Shown: one piece after another, positions 10,079-20,604 of the stretch | Layout: every line of letters starts with the position of its first letter | Numbering within the stretch: position 1 is the first letter of the stretch | NCBI GenBank assembly: GCA_050291605.1 | Contig: JBNKKB010000165.1 | Location: forward strand, 121-64,120 | Origin: Desulfobacteraceae bacterium | Lineage (GTDB): Bacteria; Desulfobacterota; Desulfobacteria; Desulfobacterales; Desulfosarcinaceae | Reading direction: 5' to 3' | Length of the DNA stretch: 64,000 nucleotides | The notes under the pieces: model-generated | Told to the model about the DNA's origin: nothing | Database searches by the model: none | What the model saw: only the letters and a program-made list of their open reading frames with translations | Translations under genes and position numbers: made by a program

Positions 10079-11758
10079 GTGAAATTTGAAGCTCATGTTG
10101 AATATATCCAATCAATGACGATTTCAAAAACAACCAGAAATTATGGTGTAACCATCCTCCTGTTGGCAGGAATTGCATGTATATATTGGAATGTAATTAA
10201 TTTTGATTTCATCAACCTGGATGATGGACGATACGTATTTGAAAATCCACATGTGTATAGCGGGCTGAATTCAGCGAATATAAGATGGGCTTTTAAGTTT
10301 CCGAACGATACTTACTGGCACCCCTTGGCCTGGTTGTTTCATATGCTGAATTGCACCCTATTTGGGTTAAACCCCGGTCCGCATCACATCGTCAATGTGA
10401 TTTTACATGCCGTTAATTCTTTTCTGTTGCTTGTTTTTTTTAACCGATATACTGAAAATTTCCTCAAAAGTGCACTCGTTGCTTCATTCTTTGCCTTTCA
10501 CCCCTTAAATATAGAGTCTGTTGCGTGGATTGCAGAGCTAAAGAATTTGCTTAGCACACTGTTTTTCTTTTTAACAATTATCGCCTATGCAAGCTACATT
10601 GAAAACAAGAGCTTTTTTGCATATGGTAATTGTTTAGCCATGTTTGTGTTGGGCCTGATGGCGAAACCCATGTTGGTAGTGGTACCTGTAATCTTATTTT
10701 TGCTTGACTATTGGCCGCTACACCGATTTCGAAATTACAGCTTTGCCGAAGATAAAGTTATCGGTACTTCTTGGAAGCAGCGCATCAATTCATCTCAATT
10801 AATCCTGCTGGATAAAATTCCATTCATATTGATATCATTTGTATTTTGTGTGCTGACACTTTTATCAAGCAGTCAGGGAAATGTTGATATCTCTTTTGAT
10901 AGGGTGTCGTTTGCGACTCGAATTTTGAATTCGGTCATTTGGTACTTGGGCTATATCGGCAAAATATTCTGGCCTCAAAACCTAACGGTTTTTGAACCCT
11001 ATCCAAAATATGTGGTGTCATATTGGGCAAGTATAGGGGTTGTATCATGGTTGTTTTGCATCTCCTTCATTTTTTTACGTTTGAGGAATAAGTATCCTTA
11101 TTTGTACACAGGTTGGTTTTGGTATATTTTTTCGCTTATTCCGGTTGTCGGATTGATGCAACAAGGCCTTTGGGCCGCTATGGCTGATCGGTTTACATAC
11201 TTACCTCAAATAGGTATTTTTGTTTTACTCGTTTGGGGTCTGCCTGAGCTTTTTATTAAATTACGATTTTCTGTATTTCCTCTTAAAGCTGCTGCCATAA
11301 TGACGTTATTGCTATTGATATGTGCATCATGGGTTCAGCTGCAATATTGGAAGGACAGCATAAGTCTGTTCGAGCGTTCAATTCAGATAACCCCGCAAAG
11401 CGCAGAATTACATACTTTCTTAGGTTATAGTCTTGAAAGGAAGGGAGAGATTGAGGAGGCTAGGTCCCAATATTTGGAAGCGTTGAGAATTGATCCGAAC
11501 TATCCGTATACAAATTATTACCTTGGGTATATTTCAGCCAAAGAAAGTAGATGGAATGAAGCGATTGGTTATTTTGAGCACACACTAAAATATCTCGACT
11601 ATGATCGTGCACACTACTATCTGGGTGTGGTTTTATTGAAGGTTGAGAGGCCTGAAGAGGCCGCTTACCATTTTTTAGAATGTTTGCGTTTAAACCCGGA
11701 GCATGCCAAAGCCAAAAAACGATTAGCCTTTGCCCAAAAGTTGATCAGCTCTGATTAA
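10079..11758 (+). CDS. GT-C-fold (TMTC-like) membrane protein with C-terminal TPR repeats; divergent paralog 3 of 3
   Basis: 559 aa. Motifs FINLDDGRYVFENP and HPLNIESVAWIAELKN, with TPR repeats at the C-terminus (EALRIDPNYPYTNYYLG.., ECLRLNPEHAKA). GTG start at 10079; alternative ATG at 10115. Confidence 0.75.
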   Translation: MKFEAHVEYIQSMTISKTTRNYGVTILLLAGIACIYWNVINFDFINLDDGRYVFENPHVYSGLNSANIRWAFKFPNDTYWHPLAWLFHMLNCTLFGLNPGPHHIVNVILHAVNSFLLLVFFNRYTENFLKSALVASFFAFHPLNIESVAWIAELKNLLSTLFFFLTIIAYASYIENKSFFAYGNCLAMFVLGLMAKPMLVVVPVILFLLDYWPLHRFRNYSFAEDKVIGTSWKQRINSSQLILLDKIPFILISFVFCVLTLLSSSQGNVDISFDRVSFATRILNSVIWYLGYIGKIFWPQNLTVFEPYPKYVVSYWASIGVVSWLFCISFIFLRLRNKYPYLYTGWFWYIFSLIPVVGLMQQGLWAAMADRFTYLPQIGIFVLLVWGLPELFIKLRFSVFPLKAAAIMTLLLLICASWVQLQYWKDSISLFERSIQITPQSAELHTFLGYSLERKGEIEEARSQYLEALRIDPNYPYTNYYLGYISAKESRWNEAIGYFEHTLKYLDYDRAHYYLGVVLLKVERPEEAAYHFLECLRLNPEHAKAKKRLAFAQKLISSD

Positions 11759-11990
11759 CAGGCAGTCAAAATAATGTTAGACGCGATAACCCCGATTATA
11801 AACTGATAGTGTAAGTATCAACGACCTCGTGCGACTACTCACAAATGTATCTGAAACCAGGTAATTGCTGAAGTTGCCTTTGAAAAGGGTTTGAATATAT
11901 GATAAATTAAAGTTTTGACCATGCAGAGTGAACAAGGACCGGGAGAGGAACGGGGCAACACGGGTTTAACCCGATCATGGCAATGTAAAA

Positions 11991-12067
<77 letters not shown>

Positions 12068-12183
12068 TTGGCATCAAACGGCATGGAATTAGCATAGCAT
12101 GGCGGGGGCTGTCCATAAAAATCGCAGCTGCCTGTCTGCCCGACATCAATGTCTCCATATCATAGCTGAAAGTTAAGGAATAG

Positions 12184-13155
<972 letters not shown>

Positions 13156-13251
13156 GAGGGGATGCTCGTTACGCATCAGCCGTCGGATCCGTGGACTCTT
13201 CCGGTTAATCACCAGGAATGGTTTATGGCACCGGGCAGCGAGCATGCCGCT

Positions 13252-14958
13252 ATGAAAAAAATAAAAATGACAAGAGCCACGGCCATCCTGGCACTGACGG
13301 CAATTGTATGGGGATGCCAAGGGTTGGCTCAAACGCCGCCATCCCGGCATGAACCTCCGGTTGCCGTGGGATCCAGCGCTCCAGCCTACTACTATTTCAG
13401 CGCTGCCCAAATCAAGCGCCGGCAAGGCGACTACGACGAAGCTGTCTGGCACCTGCAACAAGCGTTGCAGCATGACCCGCATTCCGTTTTTTTACATCTT
13501 GAATTGGCCCAACTGCTGCTCATTAAAAAAGATCAAGACGGTGCCTTGGAACTGGTCCAGACCCTATTGGCAGATCACCCGAACCATGTGAAAGCCCTTA
13601 TCCTCGCTGGTCGCATTTACCAGCAGCGCAACGATGCCAAGGCAGCCAAGGCGGTTTTTGAAAAGGTGCTGGAGACCGATCCGGACCAGCAGAGTATCTA
13701 CCTCTTGCTGGGTCGCACCTATTGGGATGAAGGTGATGTGAACAACGCAGCCCGGGTATTCGGCCGAATGGTGAAACAATACCCTACTGACTATGTATCC
13801 CATTATTTCTATGGTAAAGCCCTGGTTGCCCTGGGTGAGCTTGCACGTGCAGAAAAAGCACTGCTAAAATCCTTGGCACTTGAACCCAACCTTGACGAGC
13901 CCCACGCAGAGCTGTTGAAGATTTATAAAATACGGAATCAGCAGGCGAAGATCAGTCAGACCTATAAAATACAATTGCAAAATGATCCGAATAATCATAC
14001 GGCAGCCCTGGGTTTGGCTGAACAGCTGGAGCAACAGGGCGAGGGTCGCACAGCGAGAAAATTGCTGTTGCAGTTGGGACGCAAAGCACAGGACGACAAC
14101 CGCGTTATTTCAGCGGTTTTTGAAAATTATTTCAAACCCAAACGATACGACGAGGCGCTATGGGCCTTGGGCGGCATGTTGGGGGCGGCTGAAAATAATT
14201 CGGAGCTCAATTATTGGGCCGGTGCTGCCGCTACTGAATTGCAGCGCCACGACACCGCCGTTCCATATTTGAACAAGGTGGCGCCAACGTCAAGATATTA
14301 TCATGATGCGGTGATTCGACTGGCCGTGATTTTTCATGATATGGGCAGTCTGGAAAAAGCCATAGCGGTGATGCAGAAAGCCCTGGATCATGCGCCGGAC
14401 AAAACTGACTACTACATTTACCTGGGTTCCTATTATGAAGAGTTGGAGCGTTATGAGGAGGCCATTCAAAGTTTGAGGCAAGGCATTGCGGAGGGCAATC
14501 CAAACCCCAAGCTGTATTTCAGAATAGGAGTGATCTATGATCGCATGGGAGATCGACAGGCGTCCATCCAGGTCATGCGTCAGGCCGTTCAGCTGGCGCC
14601 GGATGATGCCGAGGCGCTCAACTATTTAGGCTATACCTATGCCGATCTAGGCATCAATTTGGATGAAGCCAAAACATTGGTCCAGTCCGCACTCAAAATC
14701 AAGCCGGATGACGGCTATATCAGCGATAGCATGGGCTGGATTTTCTATAAGCAAGGCGCCTATGACGAAGCACTGCAATGGCTCCAAAGGGCCGTATCGC
14801 TGGTGCCGGATGATCCGACAATTTTGGAGCATCTGGGCGACGTGCACCTGAAGATGGATAGCAAAAAAAAGGCGCTGGATTATTATCAGCGCGCTTTGAA
14901 CCTAAAGGATAAAGGCAAAGAGGTTCTAGAAAAAAAGATCCGACTTTTGCAGCGATAG
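13252..14958 (+). CDS. TPR-repeat lipoprotein
   Basis: Signal peptide plus lipobox (LTAIVWGC) begins at the ATG at 13252. More than 10 TPR units run through the protein (LQQALQHDPHS.., FEKVLETDPDQ.., ALKIKPDDGY..). Confidence 0.8.
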   Translation: MKKIKMTRATAILALTAIVWGCQGLAQTPPSRHEPPVAVGSSAPAYYYFSAAQIKRRQGDYDEAVWHLQQALQHDPHSVFLHLELAQLLLIKKDQDGALELVQTLLADHPNHVKALILAGRIYQQRNDAKAAKAVFEKVLETDPDQQSIYLLLGRTYWDEGDVNNAARVFGRMVKQYPTDYVSHYFYGKALVALGELARAEKALLKSLALEPNLDEPHAELLKIYKIRNQQAKISQTYKIQLQNDPNNHTAALGLAEQLEQQGEGRTARKLLLQLGRKAQDDNRVISAVFENYFKPKRYDEALWALGGMLGAAENNSELNYWAGAAATELQRHDTAVPYLNKVAPTSRYYHDAVIRLAVIFHDMGSLEKAIAVMQKALDHAPDKTDYYIYLGSYYEELERYEEAIQSLRQGIAEGNPNPKLYFRIGVIYDRMGDRQASIQVMRQAVQLAPDDAEALNYLGYTYADLGINLDEAKTLVQSALKIKPDDGYISDSMGWIFYKQGAYDEALQWLQRAVSLVPDDPTILEHLGDVHLKMDSKKKALDYYQRALNLKDKGKEVLEKKIRLLQR

Positions 14959-15066
14959 GGTAAACATGCAGTGACCATCCAATCGACTGTGGCTGTTGGC
15001 CGCCAGGCGGCCAACCGAATTCGCGGAAAAGAAAAGATAACGTAAGTTTGTTGACCCGGAACCAGA

Positions 15067-15873
15067 ATGCACCCTGCTGATAAAAGAGGCAATTCTTCAC
15101 AAATGGGCTCCGCGGCCCTTGTCTACGGGGCCGTTATCATATGGACTGTGGTTCTGTTGAGCGGATGTGCCTGGTTGATCCGGCCGCCCATGGACGATGC
15201 CAAGGCGCGCCGGATGGTCACCGGGATACAACAAACCAATGCCGATTTGTCCCAATACAAGGAGTTGGCCAATTTTCGTCTAGAATATGAAAATAAAGTC
15301 CATTCGGGATCCATGGCCTTGGCCGCGGCCTTGCCGGATCGCATGCGGTTGGCCCTGCTTTCAGTGGTGGGACAACCTTTACACCAGCTGGTGGCGGACG
15401 GCCAAACCATTCGGATTCGACCCCATGGCCAGGCGCGCACATATAAGATCTCTCAATCCGCTGAGGCTTTGGAGCCATTGATTCACATAAAAATTGGAAT
15501 TGAGCAGCTTCAACTGCTGTTGGTGGGGCGCCCCAAACTCCCGGATTTCCATGCTGCCCAATTTTTTGAGCGCAATGACGGCAAACTTGTGATTAAACTT
15601 AGAAGCCGCTTCCATCTCACACGAGCAGTGATTGAGATAGAGCCGGCGACATCCATGATAAAGATGTTTGAAGCCCGTGCTGAAGATGGTGAACTGCTTT
15701 ATCGCGCTTATTTTCAAAAATGGCAGCAAGTCGGCAAATATCATGTACCGCAGCAATTCAAGGTGCTGAGTGCGGCGGGCCACCAGTTGACCATCAATAT
15801 GAGGCGATTTTGGCCGGATGTGGAGTTATCGCCATCCACTTTTGAATGGGTGCAACCTGAACCCTCATCGTAG
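15067..15873 (+). CDS. Outer-membrane lipoprotein, LolB/DUF4292-like
   Basis: 268 aa with lipobox LLSGC. It follows a TPR lipoprotein, a common pairing. The family call is tentative. Alternative start at 15103. Confidence 0.55.
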   Translation: MHPADKRGNSSQMGSAALVYGAVIIWTVVLLSGCAWLIRPPMDDAKARRMVTGIQQTNADLSQYKELANFRLEYENKVHSGSMALAAALPDRMRLALLSVVGQPLHQLVADGQTIRIRPHGQARTYKISQSAEALEPLIHIKIGIEQLQLLLVGRPKLPDFHAAQFFERNDGKLVIKLRSRFHLTRAVIEIEPATSMIKMFEARAEDGELLYRAYFQKWQQVGKYHVPQQFKVLSAAGHQLTINMRRFWPDVELSPSTFEWVQPEPSS

Positions 15874-15929
15874 GGATCTCGCATGATCACCACACCTTTT
15901 CAATAAACGATAAACTTGCATGACAGGAT

Positions 15930-16427
15930 TTGGATTCATCACATCTTATACCTTCTCTTGAGCGACCGCGTTTTTTGGCTGAAAGCACTTTGGGGCGTTT
16001 GGCCAAATGGTTGCGACTAGCGGGTTTTGATGCCGCATATGATCCCGGCCCGCCGGAGGCGGAGCGTTTGGTGCGCATGTGCCGGCAACAGCAGCGTATG
16101 GTGTTGACCCGCACCCAAGCGGTGAGAAATCAACTGGATGAAGGTGAAGCCCTTTACATTCGTTTCAATGCGCCGCTGGAGCAGATCCGCCAGGTGATCG
16201 ATGAGCTGGCATGGTCTCGCCAGGATCTTAAACCGCTAACCCGTTGCGCGCGCTGCAATCACCCGCTTCAAGATGTCTCCGGGGTCGGTTGGCCACAGGG
16301 GATACCCGAACATGTGCTGCAAATCCACAAGCGGTTTAAGCATTGTGCCGCGTGTGATCGGTACTATTGGCCGGGCAGTCACGTTTCCCGCTGGTTGGCC
16401 TTTATGAACCAATGGTTCGTATTCTGA
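15930..16427 (+). CDS. Mut7-C RNase domain (DUF82, PIN-like + Zn-ribbon) protein
   Basis: N-terminal LGRLAKWLRLAGFDA motif. C-terminal Zn-ribbon cysteines CARCN...CAACDRYYWPGSH. Non-ATG (TTG) start; the exact start is uncertain. Confidence 0.7.
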   Translation: MDSSHLIPSLERPRFLAESTLGRLAKWLRLAGFDAAYDPGPPEAERLVRMCRQQQRMVLTRTQAVRNQLDEGEALYIRFNAPLEQIRQVIDELAWSRQDLKPLTRCARCNHPLQDVSGVGWPQGIPEHVLQIHKRFKHCAACDRYYWPGSHVSRWLAFMNQWFVF

Positions 16428-16601
16428 AAAGCAGCGCCGATCCATTGCGGCAATTCTAACTGAATCAGATTCACCGCCTGCCCGCACAAGGCCGGGTTTA
16501 ATCAACCCTGTTCAGTTAGAATCGCTGGATTCATTGAACCAGGCTTGCAGTGGAACCATGTTAATGCTAAAGCATGTCAATTCTATTCAAGGAGTTCAAA
16601 G

Positions 16602-17456
16602 ATGACAACAGATCAACAAGCACCGTCCGAACGTAGCGCGCACAAGGATCGTGCCGGCAGTCCATCCCGAGCACAAGATGATGCCATCGCCGGGTCATTG
16701 GCCCGAATTAAATATAAGCTGCTCGTAATGAGCGGAAAGGGCGGTGTCGGTAAATCCAGCGTCTCCGCCAGTATTGCTTTGCGATTGGCCGATAAGGGTT
16801 TCCATGTCGGTTTGCTCGATGTGGATATTCACGGTCCGAGTTTGGCCGGCATCATGGGGGCAAAGGGGTTGCTGGATATCAGCGAAGATAAAAAAGTAAT
16901 GCCCCAAAAAGTCTACCCCAATTTAAAACTGGTCTCCATGCAATCGTTGATGCAAGATGCGGATCAGGCTGTGATCTGGCGGGGACCCGCCAAAAGCGGC
17001 GTCATTCGCCAATTTATCGGTGATGTGCAGTGGGAACAACTTGATTTTCTGATCATTGATGCCCCACCCGGTACCGGAGACGAACCCCTCAGCGTGGCCC
17101 AGACCATTCCCGATGCCAAAGCACTGATTGTGACCACCCCACAGGATGTGGCACTTTCCGATGTGCGCAAATCCATCAACTTTTGCCGTGTGATCAACAT
17201 GGCGGTTTTGGGCCTGATCGAAAACATGGGCCCCTTTGAGTGCCCATGTTGCGGTGAAACCCTTGCGCTTTTTAAAAGTGGGGGAGGCAAGACAACGGCC
17301 ACCCGGATGGAAGTACCTTTCTTAGGAACCCTGCCCTTTGATTCTGCCGTGGTTAAAGCGTGCGATGCAGGAGAGCCTGTGGTGCTGCAGAAAAAAACGG
17401 CCTTTATGACTTCTGTTGATCAAGTGATTGACAGGATTCAGCAGGCGTTGCCCTGA
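16602..17456 (+). CDS. Mrp/NBP35 (ApbC) family Fe-S cluster carrier ATPase
   Basis: Deviant Walker A SGKGGVGKS, DAPPGTGDE, and CPCCG cluster-ligand cysteines. The ATG at 16602 is preceded by AAGGAG. Confidence 0.88.
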   Translation: MTTDQQAPSERSAHKDRAGSPSRAQDDAIAGSLARIKYKLLVMSGKGGVGKSSVSASIALRLADKGFHVGLLDVDIHGPSLAGIMGAKGLLDISEDKKVMPQKVYPNLKLVSMQSLMQDADQAVIWRGPAKSGVIRQFIGDVQWEQLDFLIIDAPPGTGDEPLSVAQTIPDAKALIVTTPQDVALSDVRKSINFCRVINMAVLGLIENMGPFECPCCGETLALFKSGGGKTTATRMEVPFLGTLPFDSAVVKACDAGEPVVLQKKTAFMTSVDQVIDRIQQALP

Positions 17457-17561
17457 TTTGCCGTTGGACGGCGCAGCGCCGCGAAAGGAACGGACTTCAG
17501 GAGTGGCACACCGCCGCAACTTGAAGAAATTTCATTTTGTCAGCATAGATCGTTATCGGCA

Positions 17562-18356
17562 ATGATCAAAATACCAGAAGACCAGAGGGCTGTGGCACTA
17601 GGTGCCCGTCTCAGGGCTTGCCCAAATGTGATCACTTTAGGCGTGCGACCTAATTTCAGCGATTATAGCCGCTATGAACAGGCACTCATTCATAACGCCG
17701 AAAAGATTTATTACCCATCGGCCTTATATGCCGAGCTTTTTGACACGCTGGGTAAACCTACTTTTCCAAGTTACCACACCTACAAGTTCTCCCAAGACAA
17801 AATAAAACAGACTGCGCTTTTTGCTTTGGCCGATATTCCCCATCCTCACACCCGTATTTTTTACGGCAAGCGTCAGAAAGCGGCCATTCTGGACCATTTT
17901 GTTCTGCCCTTGATCGCAAAAATTCCCAGGGGGTCTGCTTTGGGCAGAGGGGTCTTCCTCATTCGAACTCCGGGTGATCTGGATCGCTATTGTCGAATAC
18001 CCGGGCCGGCCTATATTCAAGCGTATCTTCCCATGGATCGTGACATGCGTGTGGTGGTGATCGGCAAACAGGTCGTGCACGCATACTGGCGCATCGCTTC
18101 CCCGGAAGAATTTCGATCCAACGTATTTATGGGTGGACGTATTGATCTGGCACCCCTGCCTGAACCTGCTTTGGAATTGGCCCGGTATGTGGCATCGGTA
18201 TGTCATTGGGATGATGTGGGTCTGGATATTTGCGAGTTTAAAGGTAAATACTATGTCCTGGAAGCCAATATGAAATACGGCCGTCAAGGTTTTCAACAGG
18301 CCGGTATAGACTATCCACAACTGATGGCCGATTTGATCGACAAGGGAGTGATCTGA
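17562..18356 (+). CDS. ATP-grasp domain protein (RimK-like ligase)
   Basis: 264 aa. Motifs PLIAKIPRGSALGRGVFLI, IQAYLPMDRDMRVVVIG, FRSNVFMGG and YYVLEANMKYG. Confidence 0.75.
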   Translation: MIKIPEDQRAVALGARLRACPNVITLGVRPNFSDYSRYEQALIHNAEKIYYPSALYAELFDTLGKPTFPSYHTYKFSQDKIKQTALFALADIPHPHTRIFYGKRQKAAILDHFVLPLIAKIPRGSALGRGVFLIRTPGDLDRYCRIPGPAYIQAYLPMDRDMRVVVIGKQVVHAYWRIASPEEFRSNVFMGGRIDLAPLPEPALELARYVASVCHWDDVGLDICEFKGKYYVLEANMKYGRQGFQQAGIDYPQLMADLIDKGVI

Positions 18357-18357
18357 G

Positions 18358-19515
18358 ATGTCTACGCTATTGGATGATTTAAGAACAGGGCTTGATCAGA
18401 GGGAACATCGCATTCTGTCTGCCGATGCCGCCTTCAGCGCCCAGGCGGTGAGGCAGCATCCGGAAGCGCCGATGCCATCTGCTTATCGGCAAGCTTTCGC
18501 CTTGGATGCCGATCGCATTTTGCACTCAAGAGCCTATACCCGCTATATCGATAAAACCCAGGTATTTTACCTGATACGCAACGACCACATTACCCATCGC
18601 GTGTTGCATGTCCAACTGGTGTCCAAAATCGCCCGCACCATCGGTCGCTTTTTAGGTCTCAATGAAGATCTTATCGAAGCTGTAGCCCTGGGGCATGACA
18701 TCGGTCATACGCCCTTTGGGCACGATGGCGAGCGCTACCTGAGCAAGTTATGCCAGGAGGCAGGCATTGGTCATTTTTTGCACAGCCTACAGAGCATCCA
18801 GTTTCTGGATCGATTGGAGCGCAAAGGGAGGGGTTGGAATCTTTGCCTGCAGACACTGGACGGCATCTTATGCCATGATGGAGAAATCCACAACCAGGTT
18901 TTGGCACCCCAAAGACCCAAGACCTTTCAGGATTTGGCACAGGAAATAGAAATCAAAAAGGCCGATCCCCGTTATGCCCTGATGCCGATGACCTTGGAGG
19001 GGTGTGTAGTGCGCATGGCCGATACAGTGGCTTATGTTGGGCGCGATTTGGAAGATGCCATTCGCTTGGGTGTCATAAAGCGTTCCGATGTGCCCCAAAA
19101 GGTGGCCGCGGTTTTGGGCAATACCAATGGCACCATTGTCTATAATTTGGTTACCGATATCATCCGCCAAAGCAATCAAAAATCACACATCGCCTTCAGC
19201 GACGAAGTGTCAGAGGCGTTAAAAGGGCTCAAAGACTTTAATCTGGCCTCTATTTACATGAACCCGCTAATCAAGCAACACGCCAAAACTATTGAATCTT
19301 TGTTCGAGCGCCTGTTTAGGCAATATATGCAAGATCTCAAACAAGAGAACCAGGCGTCTCAAATTTATGCCGGATTTTTAGCCGACATGTCATCCGATTA
19401 CATCGATTACCATCGACCGGCAGAAATTGTGCGCGATTTTATTGCCGGAATGACGGATCGATATTTCCTTCTGCAATGTCCGGAAAGCATGCGCCCGGCA
19501 ACGACGCACCGGTAA
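18358..19515 (+). CDS. HD-domain phosphohydrolase, dGTP triphosphohydrolase-like
   Basis: 385 aa. Motifs ILHSRAYTRYIDKTQVF, THRVLHVQLVS and GHDIGHTPFGHDGE. The start lies 1 nt after the ATP-grasp stop (TGAGATG). Confidence 0.8.
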   Translation: MSTLLDDLRTGLDQREHRILSADAAFSAQAVRQHPEAPMPSAYRQAFALDADRILHSRAYTRYIDKTQVFYLIRNDHITHRVLHVQLVSKIARTIGRFLGLNEDLIEAVALGHDIGHTPFGHDGERYLSKLCQEAGIGHFLHSLQSIQFLDRLERKGRGWNLCLQTLDGILCHDGEIHNQVLAPQRPKTFQDLAQEIEIKKADPRYALMPMTLEGCVVRMADTVAYVGRDLEDAIRLGVIKRSDVPQKVAAVLGNTNGTIVYNLVTDIIRQSNQKSHIAFSDEVSEALKGLKDFNLASIYMNPLIKQHAKTIESLFERLFRQYMQDLKQENQASQIYAGFLADMSSDYIDYHRPAEIVRDFIAGMTDRYFLLQCPESMRPATTHR

Positions 19516-19577
19516 ATAAACCCTAAAACGGTTCGATATCGTGGAGGAAGTGTTCAAAGGGCAGTGGGTTAAGCGTT

Positions 19578-19790
19578 GCCGGAGTTTAAAGTTTAAAGGA
19601 GAAAGTTTAAAGTTGAGGAATTTTATCGATAGTAAAATACAATGCCTTTTTCCAAAAGGCAGGGAAAGGGAAACACTATTCATAACCACTGCGCCAATGA
19701 AAAATCCTATTAATAGTTATAAGTCGAAGATAATAAGAATAGACAGAATACCTTACCTTTAAACTTTAATCTTTAAACTTAAAACTGTTA
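19578..19790. repeat. GTTTAAAG-iteron inverted repeats flanking a ~130-bp AT-rich spacer
   Basis: Left arm gccggagtttaaagtttaaaggagaaagtttaaag (19578-19612). Right arm cctttaaactttaatctttaaacttaaaac (19756-19785) in inverse orientation. The spacer holds the small hairpin tgcctttt-tcc-aaaaggca. Confidence 0.7.
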
Positions 19791-19818
19791 ATATCATACA
19801 TGATCTATTTATTTAATA

Positions 19819-20604
19819 ATGCTCAAAAATGAAATCAAAAACCAATCACTTGAACACCAACCGCGTATCTACCGCCACTTGGTTCAAAGCGATTTGATCG
19901 AGTTTCGGGTGGTTGTGCAAGAGACCGACCTCTCCATTTATGCCGATGTTGAGCTGGCTGACGCTGCCAAGGAAGCGGTGATGGTTCAAAGAGGTTACCT
20001 GGAGCGCTATATCACGCAGCATCCATCTTTTGTGACGTGTTTGACACCATGGCCGGAAGATTCGCTTGCACCTGATATCTTACGCTGCATGATCAAGGCC
20101 GCACGGCGAACCCAGGTCGGGCCGATGGCGGCTGTGGCGGGTGCCATTGCCGAACAGGTCGGTCAAACTTTGCTGGAAACGGCGAATCAGGTAATTGTTG
20201 AAAACGGTGGCGACATATTCCTGCACTGCCGCAACGATCCCACCGTGGCCATCTTTGCCGATCGCTCACCTCTGAGTTTAAAAATAGGGCTGCATTTAAG
20301 AAATGCGCGGATGCCGCAAGCGGTATGCACCTCTTCAGGAACGGTGGGGCACTCGTTAAGCAAAGGCCGGGCCGATGCGGTTTGCGTGGTCAGTTCCTCC
20401 TGCGCCTTGGCAGATGCCGCTGCTACCGCCATCGGTAACCGGGTGCAATCTGCCGCAGATATCCATACGGCCATGGAATGGGGCCGATCCATCCCCGGGC
20501 TTTCGGGTGGTGTTGTGATCGTGGGCGATCAACTGGGAGCTTGGGGGGAACTAGAAATTGTGCCAATAGTCTTTAATAAAAATAGTTTAAAGTTTAAAGG
20601 TTAA
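19819..20604 (+). CDS. UPF0280 family protein (ApbE-related fold)
   Basis: 261 aa. Motifs GPMAAVAGAIAE, ENGGDIFL, CTSSGTVGHSLSKGRADAV and LADAAATAIGN. The last 7 codons (NSLKFKG) are supplied by the repeat element. Confidence 0.7.
   Translation: MLKNEIKNQSLEHQPRIYRHLVQSDLIEFRVVVQETDLSIYADVELADAAKEAVMVQRGYLERYITQHPSFVTCLTPWPEDSLAPDILRCMIKAARRTQVGPMAAVAGAIAEQVGQTLLETANQVIVENGGDIFLHCRNDPTVAIFADRSPLSLKIGLHLRNARMPQAVCTSSGTVGHSLSKGRADAVCVVSSSCALADAAATAIGNRVQSAADIHTAMEWGRSIPGLSGGVVIVGDQLGAWGELEIVPIVFNKNSLKFKG

Noticed and set aside
12068-12084. Sigma-54-like motif TTGGCATCAAACGGCAT upstream of rpoH.
   Set aside because: The GG-to-GC spacing is one nucleotide short of canonical (11 instead of 12), and the -12 region lacks TTGC. 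It also abuts the tRNA gene. Probably chance.
19541-19762. 73-aa ORF across the GTTTAAAG repeat element. I also considered whether the repeats could be a CRISPR array.
   Set aside because: The ORF is made of repeat-derived codons (SLKFKGESLKL) and has no RBS. The repeats are 8-22 nt, occur in both orientations and are irregularly spaced, so they are not CRISPR-like. No cas genes are present.
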